NCBI GenBank assembly: GCA_007375645.1
Contig: VMER01000001.1
Coordinates: 337,576 to 401,575, forward strand
Reading direction: 5' to 3'
DNA from: Parcubacteria group bacterium LiPW_15
GTDB lineage: Bacteria > Patescibacteriota > Minisyncoccia > UBA6257 > 2-01-FULL-56-20
Length of the DNA stretch: 64,000 nucleotides
The notes under the pieces are model-generated. The model saw nothing but the letters and a program-made list of their open reading frames with translations, searched no databases and was not told where the DNA came from. Each line of letters begins with the position of its first letter. Positions within the stretch are counted from its first letter, which is position 1. The position numbers and the translations under genes were made by a program. Positions 20,364-29,917 of this stretch are shown in pieces.

Positions 20364-20399
20364 AAAAAAAGAGGCCCGGGCGCTTACGCGCACGGGCCA
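20364..20399 (-). terminator. intrinsic terminator after GC-rich CDS 20407..20718
   Basis: ggcccgggcgc-ttac-gcgcacgggcc hairpin followed by a T-run on the minus strand. Confidence 0.65.
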
Positions 20400-20406
20400 C
20401 AGGACT

Positions 20407-20718
20407 TTAGGAGCAGACCAGGAGGCCGTCCGTGACGACCATCCCTGGCCCGCACAGCCTGAACCGGTGGTAACCGGTCGAGGAGCAGTGAGCGGCGCGG
20501 ATGTGCCGCTTCGCCTTCGAGGGACTGTCAGCGAGGCCTTCCATAACCTCCTCGCGGGCGGGCGCGAGCTCGCGCCGAAGCGCGACCCGCGAAGCGATGC
20601 GCTCCGCTCGTCTCTCGGCCTTCGCCTCCGCCCCGAAGGGCGAGCTGCGATACCCCGCGCGACCCTTGTCGCGCAGGATCTTCATCCAGGTCTTGCCGAT
20701 CGGGCGGGTCTTGGCCAT
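20407..20718 (-). CDS. hypothetical protein on a GC-rich islet, downstream gene of a two-gene cassette (Cys-containing C-terminus)
   Basis: 104 aa from the internal ATG MAKTRPIGKTW; very high GC3; 15 nt after the upstream gene. Confidence 0.55.
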   Translation of the reverse strand: MAKTRPIGKTWMKILRDKGRAGYRSSPFGAEAKAERRAERIASRVALRRELAPAREEVMEGLADSPSKAKRHIRAAHCSSTGYHRFRLCGPGMVVTDGLLVCS

Positions 20719-20732
20719 GTTCGCGGCTCCTT

Positions 20733-20987
20733 TCAGATCATGTCGTCGAGGTGAAGGTCGTCGATGAGGCTGCTGCCACCGAAGCTTCGAACGAGCTCGC
20801 GAAGTGACTTGCGACTGACGGCGACGTGAAAACGATGCCACGGCATCGTCCCCAGGAAACTCGTGTTCGGAACGTGCTCCAAAAGAGCTTCGGCGATCTC
20901 CGCCTTCGCGATCTTCTCGTTCAGGCTGGCTCGAACGTCCATCCGTTTCACGGGCTTCTTCCTTCTGCCATCGAAAAACTTGGGCAT
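20733..20987 (-). CDS. hypothetical small protein on a GC-rich islet, upstream gene (possible RHH-like N-terminus)
   Basis: 84 aa; high GC3; KRMDVRASLNEKIAKAEIAEALL resembles a ribbon-helix-helix. Confidence 0.5.
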   Translation of the reverse strand: MPKFFDGRRKKPVKRMDVRASLNEKIAKAEIAEALLEHVPNTSFLGTMPWHRFHVAVSRKSLRELVRSFGGSSLIDDLHLDDMI

Positions 20988-21085
20988 CTAGGTCTCCTCT
21001 CAGCGGGCTTTTGAAGAGCTGATTTCGAGCTTGCATTATAGCAAATCAGCAGAATTTGTCAACCAAGTAGTGAAGCTTTATCCCT

Positions 21086-22375
21086 TTATTTCGGCGCCAA
21101 GGCGCCGTCAGTATATATATTTTTCGGGTCCCAGATCATCCATCCCGCGTAAGCGGCAGAAGAGGTTCCGTTCTCTAAGGAGTCATAAACCGCCTGAAAT
21201 TCCTTTTTGACCATCGCCGCATCGTAAGTCGCGCCCATATTGAAGTCTTGTATCCAAGGTCGAAGTTTCCCAAGTTTCTCGGGCGCGATAGCCGGCGTAG
21301 AAGTGGTTTTTGGGGTTGTAAGTGCGAGCCATTTTTCTAAAGCCTTATCCAGCGAATATTTCATCACTTCGTAAGGGTGAGCCCCGGGATTTTGAATGCC
21401 GATGAATCCGGGCGCGTAGTGGGACGGGTAGACCATCGGCGCCACATAATCAAAATATTTATACGCATCCTCAATGACCTGCCCGATGCCAAGGTCATCC
21501 CTGTTTACCGTGGCAAGTCCAAAAAGGTCCGCAGAAATTTTTATAGAACCCATCTTCTCCCTTAAATATGAATAAAAAATGGCAATAACTTTGTGCCGAG
21601 GAGTTTTCATGTCCCAATACGGATAGCTGATGTTCCCGATACTGCCGTCGGAGGCGAAGCGGATATAGTCGAAATTTATTTCGTCAAAACCCCGGCCGAT
21701 CGCCTCCTTGGCGATGGAGATAACATAATCCCAAGTTCCTTGCCCCGCCGGATCCATCCAGGCAAGCTTTTTATTGTCCAGCCAAAGTCCGCCCGCAGTT
21801 TTATTATGAAGCGCCCATTCCGGTTTTAACTTCGCGAGCATCGGGTCCTGAAAAACCGTAACCCTGCCGATAACGTAGATGCCCGCGTCATGAAACTTTT
21901 TAATAACCAGATTCGGGGACGCCATCCGCAAGTCCCTCATCGCCCCGCTCTCTTTAACGAGCGGAATGTCCATCGCGTAGGAAACATAGCCGGAATAATC
22001 TTTAATATCTATAACTACGGCATTCAGTTCCGTGCGTTTTATAAGCGAGATGATCCTGTCTACGGTTTTCGTACTGCCGGCTGACCACCCAGTTAAATAG
22101 ACCGCTTTGACCACGGTCGGCGGATTCGGGAGCTGTGGCTGCGGCGGCAGATCGGTCGAACCCTTGGGTACAAAATAAGCGTCGGTGGAAGTCGGCGTGC
22201 TCGTAGCTTCGGTCTGTCCGTCTAAAATTCCCACTCCGTTTTCTCCGGAAATAACTTCCGAAACCTGAGCGCCCAAACCGCCCTTGGCCTCAGGTTTGAT
22301 AACAATCCCTCGAGGTATCAAAAAGACACTGGAACCCAAACCCAAAATTAATATTGCGAAAATCGCCCTCCTCAT
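21086..22375 (-). CDS. putative secreted glycoside hydrolase-like protein (GHL10/DUF4015-like)
   Basis: about 430 aa from the internal Met MRRAIF; N-terminal TM/signal; family call is from memory only. Confidence 0.5.
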   Translation of the reverse strand: MRRAIFAILILGLGSSVFLIPRGIVIKPEAKGGLGAQVSEVISGENGVGILDGQTEATSTPTSTDAYFVPKGSTDLPPQPQLPNPPTVVKAVYLTGWSAGSTKTVDRIISLIKRTELNAVVIDIKDYSGYVSYAMDIPLVKESGAMRDLRMASPNLVIKKFHDAGIYVIGRVTVFQDPMLAKLKPEWALHNKTAGGLWLDNKKLAWMDPAGQGTWDYVISIAKEAIGRGFDEINFDYIRFASDGSIGNISYPYWDMKTPRHKVIAIFYSYLREKMGSIKISADLFGLATVNRDDLGIGQVIEDAYKYFDYVAPMVYPSHYAPGFIGIQNPGAHPYEVMKYSLDKALEKWLALTTPKTTSTPAIAPEKLGKLRPWIQDFNMGATYDAAMVKKEFQAVYDSLENGTSSAAYAGWMIWDPKNIYTDGALAPK

Positions 22376-22411
22376 ATGTATTAAACATTCTAACCGAGAA
22401 ATTGGGATTAA

Positions 22412-22438
22412 CAAAAAAAGGGAGAGCTTTCGCCCTCC
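22412..22438 (-). terminator. intrinsic terminator after CDS 22460..22699
   Basis: gggagggcgaaagctctccc hairpin followed by ttttttt on the minus strand. Confidence 0.6.
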
Positions 22439-22459
22439 CTCGGTGGCCCGCGCGGACCA

Positions 22460-22699
22460 CTATGTCGCCACGATACCCCACTCCCTGTTGCCCTTGGCGA
22501 ACACCGAAATGATGTTCAGCCCTTTTTCGTTGGAAACATAGTCGATGGCCTCCTCCAGGGCGCGCGCCCAACCATCTCCATTGGCAGTCTTGGCCTTGGG
22601 AACAAAACACTCCGCCTCGTCGTGAAGAAGAACGAAACTGCCGGTCTGAGAAATGTGCAAAAGAACGAAAACGTCGTGGATCCGCACGGGACGAGTCAT
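22460..22699 (-). CDS. hypothetical small protein (possible HicB/UPF0150-like fold), GC-rich
   Basis: 79 aa from the ATG preceded by a GAGGAGG RBS; HDEAECFVPKAKTANGDGWARALEEAI; weak resemblance only. Confidence 0.45.
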   Translation of the reverse strand: MTRPVRIHDVFVLLHISQTGSFVLLHDEAECFVPKAKTANGDGWARALEEAIDYVSNEKGLNIISVFAKGNREWGIVAT

Positions 22700-22794
22700 G
22701 GAAAACCTCCTCAATTATTCCTCGCTCTTTGTATACCAAATCCAACCCTATGGCAAATTTTGCTTATATTCAAAATACATTATACTTTCCATAA

Positions 22795-23898
22795 ATGGCA
22801 CTGGCTTTATATCGCAAGTATCGCCCCAAAGATCTCGCCTCCTTGGTGGGCCACGAAACCAATGTAGAGGTTTTAAGGAACGCCGCGCGCTTGGGTCGGC
22901 TCGGCCAAAGCTACCTTTTTTACGGGCCCCGGGGAACCGGCAAAACTACGACCGCAAGACTTCTCGCAAAACTTTTAAATTGCGAAAAGCGGGCCAAGGA
23001 CCCGGAATTTAGAAAACTCGGCGAACCCTGCAACGAATGCGATGCCTGCAGAGATATTGATTCTGGCAGCGCCCTGGATGTGATAGAGATCGACGCGGCC
23101 TCCAACCGCGGAATAGACGAAATAAGAAATCTTAAAGAAAATGTCCGCCAAGCCCCAGTTCGCCACGCCAATAAAGTTTATATAATAGACGAGGCACACA
23201 TGTTGACCGGTCCGGCTTTCAATGCGCTCCTCAAAACCCTCGAAGAACCTCCGGCGCATGCCGTCTTTGTTTTGGCCACCACGGAATTCGAAAAGCTTCC
23301 GCCGACCATAACTTCCCGCACCCAACGCTTCCTTTTCAAAAAACTGCCAAAAACCGCGATACTCGAAAAGCTTGAGCGCATAACTAAAGCCGAAAAAATG
23401 GATGTCTCCCCCGACGCCCTGGAACTCATCGCCTCCGCGAGCGAAGGGAGTTTGCGCGACGCCGAATCGCTTTTGGACCAGATCGCCGGCATGGCCAAAA
23501 AAATAGACCTCGACATGGCTGAGCGGGTTATCGGACGGGCGTCTTTAAGCCGGGTGGAAAAAATGTCTTCCCTCGCGCTCTCCGGCGCGTCCAAAGAAGC
23601 GGTAGCTTATATCGCGGAACTAAAAAATGAAGGTTTAAATCTCGTGCAATTCACCCGCGACCTTATCCACTATATAGAAAAAGCTTTGACTCTTTCCCTA
23701 AATCCGGATCTCGAAAAAAATCTTTCCGAAGAGTTTACCGTGGAAGAACTTGGGCGCATGAAAAAGACCGCGAAATTAGCCTCTCCGGCCGCGACTGTAC
23801 CGCTTTTACGATCTCTCATCCGCGCCTACGGCGAAATGCGCTATAGCCCGTTCGCCTCGATTCCCCTGGAACTCGCGCTCTTGGAACCGAAACCGTAG
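22795..23898 (+). CDS. dnaX: DNA polymerase III subunit gamma/tau, short form (domains I-III only)
   Basis: 367 aa; GPRGTGKTT, zinc module CNECDAC, DEAHML. Confidence 0.9.
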   Translation: MALALYRKYRPKDLASLVGHETNVEVLRNAARLGRLGQSYLFYGPRGTGKTTTARLLAKLLNCEKRAKDPEFRKLGEPCNECDACRDIDSGSALDVIEIDAASNRGIDEIRNLKENVRQAPVRHANKVYIIDEAHMLTGPAFNALLKTLEEPPAHAVFVLATTEFEKLPPTITSRTQRFLFKKLPKTAILEKLERITKAEKMDVSPDALELIASASEGSLRDAESLLDQIAGMAKKIDLDMAERVIGRASLSRVEKMSSLALSGASKEAVAYIAELKNEGLNLVQFTRDLIHYIEKALTLSLNPDLEKNLSEEFTVEELGRMKKTAKLASPAATVPLLRSLIRAYGEMRYSPFASIPLELALLEPKP

Positions 23899-23902
23899 CG
23901 AA

Positions 23903-24631
23903 TCAAACCCGGCCGTTTAAATACGCTTTCCTCCTTGCCTCCGGAAATCTTTCTATGGCATAGCGAAGCATCGTGCGCGGCATTTTTTTGTAGCGCTTTT
24001 TCAAAAAGTCTTCTTCCGCCTTCTGCGACACTCTCTTCCCCACCTCCCGAAGCATCCAACCGACGGCTTTATGTATCAAGTCATGCTCATCGCGCAAAAG
24101 TATTTCCGCGATGCGGAAGGTATCTTTATATTCTCCCCGAACAATGAATCCGAGGGTGGACAGTATAGATATCCTCCGCTCCCAAAGGTCTTTAGACCCG
24201 GCAAATTTATATAACGGTTGGCGCGAGCGATTCAAAAAATACGAACCCAGGATCCTCGGCGCGGAGAGATCCACAAGGTCCCAATTATTTATATATTTCG
24301 CGTTTTTTAAATAGATTCCGGCAATTTTTTCTTTATCTCCGCCAGATTCATATTTGGAAACCAAGAGCAAAACTGCCGCCAATCTTTCTTCGTGGATCCT
24401 GGAACGCAAAAGTTTCAGCGCTTCCGGAAGTTTTACGTCTTTATATTTTTTGACTACACCCCTGGTCGCGGGAACCATCACGCCTATGAATTTATCCCCC
24501 TCTCCGTATTCCCCCTTCCCCGTCTTAAAAAATCCGGCCAACAATTTGGCTTTTTTTGGATCGGCGTGCGCGCGCAAATCCCTCCGAATATCTTCGGCAA
24601 AAATTTTCCGGCTTTGCGAACGCACGAGCAT
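23903..24631 (-). CDS. DNA alkylation repair protein (AlkD/AlkC-like HEAT-repeat glycosylase family)
   Basis: 242 aa; family similarity including the DLWERRISIL segment. Confidence 0.75.
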   Translation of the reverse strand: MLVRSQSRKIFAEDIRRDLRAHADPKKAKLLAGFFKTGKGEYGEGDKFIGVMVPATRGVVKKYKDVKLPEALKLLRSRIHEERLAAVLLLVSKYESGGDKEKIAGIYLKNAKYINNWDLVDLSAPRILGSYFLNRSRQPLYKFAGSKDLWERRISILSTLGFIVRGEYKDTFRIAEILLRDEHDLIHKAVGWMLREVGKRVSQKAEEDFLKKRYKKMPRTMLRYAIERFPEARRKAYLNGRV

Positions 24632-25177
24632 TTAAAGCTTTGTAAAAGAATCGAGAACGCTAAACGTCGAAGAATTGTCAGGGCCGGTTATGCCTAAAAG
24701 CACATCTTTAGTTATCGGTACATACATTACCGCCGCCCCATTAAGTTTTCCGTAAACAAGCGCGTCAAAGTTTTGAGTGTGTTTCACAAACGATTCCGCC
24801 GGAGTTCCTATCCTTTTGTCTACTGCCGCCTTAAGCGCATAAATATCCTTATAGGAATTCTTCTGAAGATAAACTTTCACCGCGCCTTGGCCGTTCGCCG
24901 GTCCGAAAGAAGCCAGGGTATACTGATCCGACGATTCGGACGATATCCAGGCGGAAGGATATTCCAAAGAGAAACCAACGTCTTTGTTCGTGTAGGTCTT
25001 GTACGTCTCAGTGGCCGACCTGGGCATATAAATATTTACCTGCGCAGGAGTGGACCCCAGGAAAAAACCCAGCCGCACCCCGATATAAAATGTAACCAGA
25101 GGCAAAAGCACAAAAACCGACCCGGCAAGTATTTTTGAATACCAGGTTACGCTGTTCCACTCTATTTTCTTTTTCAT
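24632..25177 (-). CDS. hypothetical membrane-anchored protein
   Basis: N-terminal TM helix; start taken at MKKKIEW. Confidence 0.5.
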   Translation of the reverse strand: MKKKIEWNSVTWYSKILAGSVFVLLPLVTFYIGVRLGFFLGSTPAQVNIYMPRSATETYKTYTNKDVGFSLEYPSAWISSESSDQYTLASFGPANGQGAVKVYLQKNSYKDIYALKAAVDKRIGTPAESFVKHTQNFDALVYGKLNGAAVMYVPITKDVLLGITGPDNSSTFSVLDSFTKL

Positions 25178-25237
25178 TCTTAAATTATAACAGAAATGGA
25201 AATTTGGGTTTGCCAAACAGCATTTTAAAACCTATCT

Positions 25238-26299
25238 TTGGAAGTAATGATTCAAGGTTTTTGGAAAAAATTGAAACGGCCTGTTTTCGCATTGGCCCCG
25301 ATGGCGGATGTGACCGATGAGGCCTTTCGCCGGATAGTCGCCAAATATGGGAAGCCGGATGTCACTTGGACGGAGTTTGTGTCCGCCGACGGCTTGTGCT
25401 CCAGGGGTATTGATAAGCTTTTGCCGGATTTGTGGTTTAGCGAATCCGAACGGCCGATAGTCGCCCAGCTTTTTACTTCCCAGCCGGAACATATAAAAAA
25501 AGCCGCGGCCTTGGTTCAAAAACTAGGTTTTGACGGCATCGATATAAATCTAGGCTGCCCGGATAAGTCAGTCGAAAAACAAGGCGCCGGGGCAGCACTC
25601 ATAAAAGATCCGAAGCTCGCCCAAAAAATAATTTTGGCGGCAATGAAGGGCGCGCCAAAGATACCTGTATCCGTTAAAACCCGCGTCGGCTATAACACGG
25701 AGATATTGGATGAATGGCTCCCCCATCTTTTAAAGACCAAACCGGCGGCTTTGACCGTCCACTTTCGCACCCGAAAAGAAATGTCCAAAGTCCCCGCTCG
25801 CTGGGAACTCGCCGAAAAAGTTTTGAAATTGCGCGATAAATATTCTCCCCAGACCCTCGTCCTCGGAAACGGAGACGTGAAAGATATGGAAGACGCAAAA
25901 GAAAAAGTAAAAAAATATAAAGTAGACGGGATCATGTTCGGCCGGGCGATATTCGGCACGCCGTGGCTAATGGCCAAGCGTTCCGTAAAAATTACCGAGG
26001 AAAAAAGATTGAAAATACTTTTAGAACACACCAAGCTTTTTGAGAAACTGTTCGGAGGAATAAACCCCCACACCTATCCAAATGGTAAACCAAAAAATAC
26101 CGAATTCGTAGGCAAGAGAAACAACAACGCAATAGGTGTGGGGGTGAAAAGATTTGAGGTTATGAAAAAGCATTTCAAGGCTTATGTTTCCGGTTTTGAT
26201 GGGGCTAAAGAACTGAGGATGGAACTTATGGGAACAAAAAACGCAAAAGAGGTTGAGATAATAATTAAAAAACACCTATCGTTGACTTCGGACGCTTAA
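25238..26299 (+). CDS. dus: tRNA-dihydrouridine synthase
   Basis: 353 aa; Dus family TIM-barrel motifs (LAPMADVTD, catalytic Cys region). Confidence 0.9.
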   Translation: MEVMIQGFWKKLKRPVFALAPMADVTDEAFRRIVAKYGKPDVTWTEFVSADGLCSRGIDKLLPDLWFSESERPIVAQLFTSQPEHIKKAAALVQKLGFDGIDINLGCPDKSVEKQGAGAALIKDPKLAQKIILAAMKGAPKIPVSVKTRVGYNTEILDEWLPHLLKTKPAALTVHFRTRKEMSKVPARWELAEKVLKLRDKYSPQTLVLGNGDVKDMEDAKEKVKKYKVDGIMFGRAIFGTPWLMAKRSVKITEEKRLKILLEHTKLFEKLFGGINPHTYPNGKPKNTEFVGKRNNNAIGVGVKRFEVMKKHFKAYVSGFDGAKELRMELMGTKNAKEVEIIIKKHLSLTSDA

Positions 26300-26349
26300 G
26301 GCTCTAGCATACCGGCAGGACTTCGAATAAAAAGGAAGGAGGGCGCCGC

Positions 26350-26973
26350 TTGAATACGCAAGGAGTCTTCGTGCTCCTCTCCTCGCTCGTCTCAATTCCC
26401 ATGTCGGCCTGGTACGCGCGCCTTGCCTGGGTCGGTAAGAGTGCGCCGCCCCTTTCCACTTGGACCATCTTTACCATAACGGTAACTCTGAGTCTCCCGA
26501 GCTATCTGTCTTCCGGGAACCGTGACGCGCTAGGCGCCATCTCGAACATCACCGACCTATTCGCCGTCTGGTCGGCGCTTATCGCGATACTGTTCGGGCA
26601 AAAGCGCCAAGCGCTGAAACTCACCAAAGCGGATATCTTCTGCCTCCTTGCCATCGTTAAGGTCTGTGTCGCCTGGGCATTCGTGTGGTACTTCTGGAGC
26701 AAGGAAACCGCCGGCCTTACCGCCTTCTGGTATATCCAGGGAATCATGGTCATCGCCTACTGGCCAACGATCACGAGGCTCTGGAAATCCAAAGAGCTGA
26801 CCGAACCTTTCGGCCCATGGCTTGGCGTCATACTCTCCATGAGTCTTGGACTGGGCGCCGCCCTAACCGGCAACGATCGCTTCCCCGCCGCCATTTATCC
26901 CCTGCGCGCCGTGGTGATGGTCTCCATCGTAATCGCCATCATCGTCTACAAACGACGCAAGCTCTCCCGTTAG
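26350..26973 (+). CDS. hypothetical polytopic membrane protein (TTG start)
   Basis: 207 aa; multiple hydrophobic helices; RBS AAGGAGGG upstream. Confidence 0.55.
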   Translation: MNTQGVFVLLSSLVSIPMSAWYARLAWVGKSAPPLSTWTIFTITVTLSLPSYLSSGNRDALGAISNITDLFAVWSALIAILFGQKRQALKLTKADIFCLLAIVKVCVAWAFVWYFWSKETAGLTAFWYIQGIMVIAYWPTITRLWKSKELTEPFGPWLGVILSMSLGLGAALTGNDRFPAAIYPLRAVVMVSIVIAIIVYKRRKLSR

Positions 26974-27049
26974 CCCGCCCCGACCCACCCGGTCGGGGCA
27001 ATTTTTATGCCGCTTGACCAATCTTCGCTCATCGATTATATTTAGATAT

Positions 27050-27340
27050 ATGTCTAAATACAAGACCAAAAGGTCGCCGTTCTCGGAAATGCTTTCTGCC
27101 CTCTCCGACCCGAGCCGTCAGAAGATAATCGATATCTTAAAGGACGGGGAAATGGCCGCCGGAGACATCGCCAAGAACTTTGAGTTCACAGCGCCGACCC
27201 TCTCTCATCACTTGGACACTCTGCGCAAATCCGGGCTTATAAGCTCCAGACGCGACGGCCAAAGGATCCTCTACTCCGCCAATATGTCCGTTCTTGAAGA
27301 AACTGCCGAAAAAATTATTAAACTACTAAGAAAAAAATAA
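27050..27340 (+). CDS. ArsR/SmtB-family (SdpR-like) transcriptional regulator
   Basis: HTH region LSDPSRQKIIDIL..AGDIA..F..TAPTLSHHL..L..SGLI. Confidence 0.75.
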   Translation: MSKYKTKRSPFSEMLSALSDPSRQKIIDILKDGEMAAGDIAKNFEFTAPTLSHHLDTLRKSGLISSRRDGQRILYSANMSVLEETAEKIIKLLRKK

Positions 27341-27341
27341 A

Positions 27342-28022
27342 ATGAACCCGATAAAATTCGAATTCAAAAAAGAAATACTGCCTCTCGCGATACTTGCTCT
27401 TTCGCTTGTAGCGAGCTTTTACTTCTACGCTCACTTTCCCGCCGAAGTTGTCGGCCACTGGAATTTTGAAGGTGTCCCGGACGGAATGACTAGCCGCGGC
27501 TTTGCTTCCTTCGGCATTTTCGGAATACTCGCGGGTATATATCTGTTATTTCTCTTTCTCCCCATGCTCGATCCAAAGCGGGAAAGATACGCGGAGTTCG
27601 CCGGCATTTACTCGAAGTTCAGGACGGCGATACTCTTAATACTCTTTATAGTCCACCTGGCCTCCGGACTCTATAACTTGGGATACCCAATAAAGATCGG
27701 CTTGGTTGTGCCGATATCTATCGGAGGGCTCTTTGTTTTCCTTGGTAATTACATGGGAAAACTAAAGCAGAATTGGTTTGTGGGCATCAAAACCCCGTGG
27801 ACGATATCTTCGGAAAATGTCTGGAACAAAACCCACCGCTTCGGCGGCCGCGCCTTCGTCATTTTCGGAGTGATCATGATAATCACTCCGTTCCTTCCGA
27901 AAGCCGCCGCTCTTCCCTTGTTTGCCGCCGGTATCGCCCTCCTGGTCTTCGGAACTTTTATTTACTCCTACATCATCTTTAAGAAAGAGCAGAAAAAGAA
28001 ACTTGCCGAGCCGATAGTGTAA
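27342..28022 (+). CDS. SdpI/YhfL-family membrane protein
   Basis: 226 aa; KTPWTISSENVWNKTHRFGG motif; immediately follows the ArsR-like gene. Confidence 0.7.
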   Translation: MNPIKFEFKKEILPLAILALSLVASFYFYAHFPAEVVGHWNFEGVPDGMTSRGFASFGIFGILAGIYLLFLFLPMLDPKRERYAEFAGIYSKFRTAILLILFIVHLASGLYNLGYPIKIGLVVPISIGGLFVFLGNYMGKLKQNWFVGIKTPWTISSENVWNKTHRFGGRAFVIFGVIMIITPFLPKAAALPLFAAGIALLVFGTFIYSYIIFKKEQKKKLAEPIV

Positions 28023-28031
28023 TAAAAATCC

Positions 28032-29879
28032 CTAGACAGAGATCCCCATTTCCGCGGATAGCTTTTCCGCCTCCGCGATCAACGCGCCCAAGCTCGTCTG
28101 GATTCCATCTGCCCAAAATTTTTCATCCGCCGGATTCAAGCCGAACGGCTCCAAAAGCTCCGTAACAGTTTTGGTCGAACCGGACCTCAGAAGCTCCAGG
28201 TATAGCGGCTCAAAACGTTCACCCAACTCCTTCCGTTTGGCATACAAACTCTGCGTCAAAAGCTCGCCGAAAGCATAGCCATAGACATAGAAAGGGCGAT
28301 GAAAATGGCTGATGTACGCCCACAGATGTTCGGTGTTTGCATAGGTAAAGATCTCTCCGTCTTCGCCGTAAAGCGATTTTATGGTCTCCATCCAAATGCC
28401 ACTCACCTCCTCAACCGAAAGTTTCCCGGGCTCCTTCCACTCTTTGAGATCCTTGTCCATCCCGTGGAGTCTGCGCTCAAAATTAGAAAACCCTATCTGC
28501 CGGACTATCGTATTCAATATTCCTTCGATCTTTTCCATAAGCAGCGCGAGTTGGGACTTTTTATCTCCCTGCGCCGCAAGGCGTTCTTTTAAAAAATTGA
28601 ATGTGGTCATTTCTCCGAAGACGGAGGCGGTCTCGCAATATGCAATGGGCGGATGCGCCATCAGCGCCCCTTGCGCGGCACCGGCCAAAATACCGTGCAC
28701 TCCGTGGCCGAGTTCGTGAGCCAAAGTAGTCACGTCCCGGTTGGAGCCGAGATAATTCAAGAAAGTTAAGGAGGCGGGTTCATTGCCGGGCAAAACTAGA
28801 GAAGAATTATAAGCTCCGCCGCGCTTGCCTTTAACCGCTGGAGCGTCAATTCTCTTTTTGGAAATAAAATCCTTGACCAGTCCGGCAAGAGTCGGGCTAA
28901 AACTCTCGTAAGCCGCGAGTACGGTCGCGATGGCTTCTTCAAATGGGACTATCGAGGTATCGGCAAAAGGCAAAGGCGCGTTCCTGTCGCTCCATTTTAA
29001 TTTATCGAGCCCCAAATGAGCCGCTTTTAAGCGATAAAATCTTTTATTGAGCGGACCGGCAACATCTTCCACGGCTTTGTGCAGGGCATCAACCGTTTCA
29101 TCCGCCACGCGATTCAACTTATTGCGGGCCTCCATCGAATGCTTGTATTTTCTCTCCATCCTCTCTACCGCGGCGGAACCAATTACCATATATAAGGTTT
29201 GTGCCGAATATTTCGCGAAAGGCCCGATCAAGCCCTCATCTATGACCTTGAGCGCTCCCTCCCTTTCCGCTGCGTCTTTTGACGCCGAAAGCAGGTTGAG
29301 CATCTCTGTCAGCGTTTTTTTCTCGCCGTTAAAAGCGAATTCCAAGTCCGCTTCCAGTTCATCAAAAAATTCACTCCAAGCTTCCTCTCCGAACGGCGCT
29401 CGCTTCGTAAGCGCGGACTCCACCGGCTCGCTTAAAAGATGTGGTTTAAAAATGCGCTGATAATCTATCCAGGGGCGATGCTTGGCCGCAAAAGGATCGG
29501 TGACATAAAATTTCTCCAAAGTCGAGTCGCTAAGCGCCACCAATTCAATATCGAAAAATGCCAGATATTCCCCGCTGGCTTGGCTAATAAGCCTGTTTAC
29601 CTCGGCCGCCTTGGCCTTAATGGCCGGACTCCCAGTATCCCGGCTTTGCTCCAAAAAAAGATAGGTCTGGATCTTATCGGAAAGCATTTTTATCTCCGTA
29701 TAATCCGCGATAGCCTTCCCCAATTTTTCCGCAAGCTTGCCTTTATACTCCGCGTTAAAATCTTTGATCTTTTGGATCAACAAAGCGTCGTCCTCGCCGA
29801 GTTTGGGATCATCCACTCCGCTATATAAAAACTTTAAGTCCCAGCGCACATCTTCCGCTCCTGATTTAATTTCGGCCAT
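28032..29879 (-). CDS. pepF: M3-family oligoendopeptidase F
   Basis: 615 aa; HELGHGVH zinc motif and M3B similarity. Confidence 0.9.
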   Translation of the reverse strand: MAEIKSGAEDVRWDLKFLYSGVDDPKLGEDDALLIQKIKDFNAEYKGKLAEKLGKAIADYTEIKMLSDKIQTYLFLEQSRDTGSPAIKAKAAEVNRLISQASGEYLAFFDIELVALSDSTLEKFYVTDPFAAKHRPWIDYQRIFKPHLLSEPVESALTKRAPFGEEAWSEFFDELEADLEFAFNGEKKTLTEMLNLLSASKDAAEREGALKVIDEGLIGPFAKYSAQTLYMVIGSAAVERMERKYKHSMEARNKLNRVADETVDALHKAVEDVAGPLNKRFYRLKAAHLGLDKLKWSDRNAPLPFADTSIVPFEEAIATVLAAYESFSPTLAGLVKDFISKKRIDAPAVKGKRGGAYNSSLVLPGNEPASLTFLNYLGSNRDVTTLAHELGHGVHGILAGAAQGALMAHPPIAYCETASVFGEMTTFNFLKERLAAQGDKKSQLALLMEKIEGILNTIVRQIGFSNFERRLHGMDKDLKEWKEPGKLSVEEVSGIWMETIKSLYGEDGEIFTYANTEHLWAYISHFHRPFYVYGYAFGELLTQSLYAKRKELGERFEPLYLELLRSGSTKTVTELLEPFGLNPADEKFWADGIQTSLGALIAEAEKLSAEMGISV

Positions 29880-29917
29880 ATATTTATTTGTACTTCAAGA
29901 ATATGATGGCCAACGGC

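Noticed and set aside
20407-21036. 209 aa ORF spanning the whole GC-rich islet
   Set aside because: The N-terminal two thirds is Arg/Ser-rich out-of-frame read-through of the upstream 84 aa gene; codon GC3 supports two separate genes (20733..20987 and 20407..20718) instead.
22290-22745. 151 aa minus-strand ORF overlapping the glycoside-hydrolase start and CDS 22460..22699
   Set aside because: Arg/Gly-rich nonsense typical of an off-frame GC-rich region; the 79 aa frame with GAGGAGG RBS and terminator is preferred.
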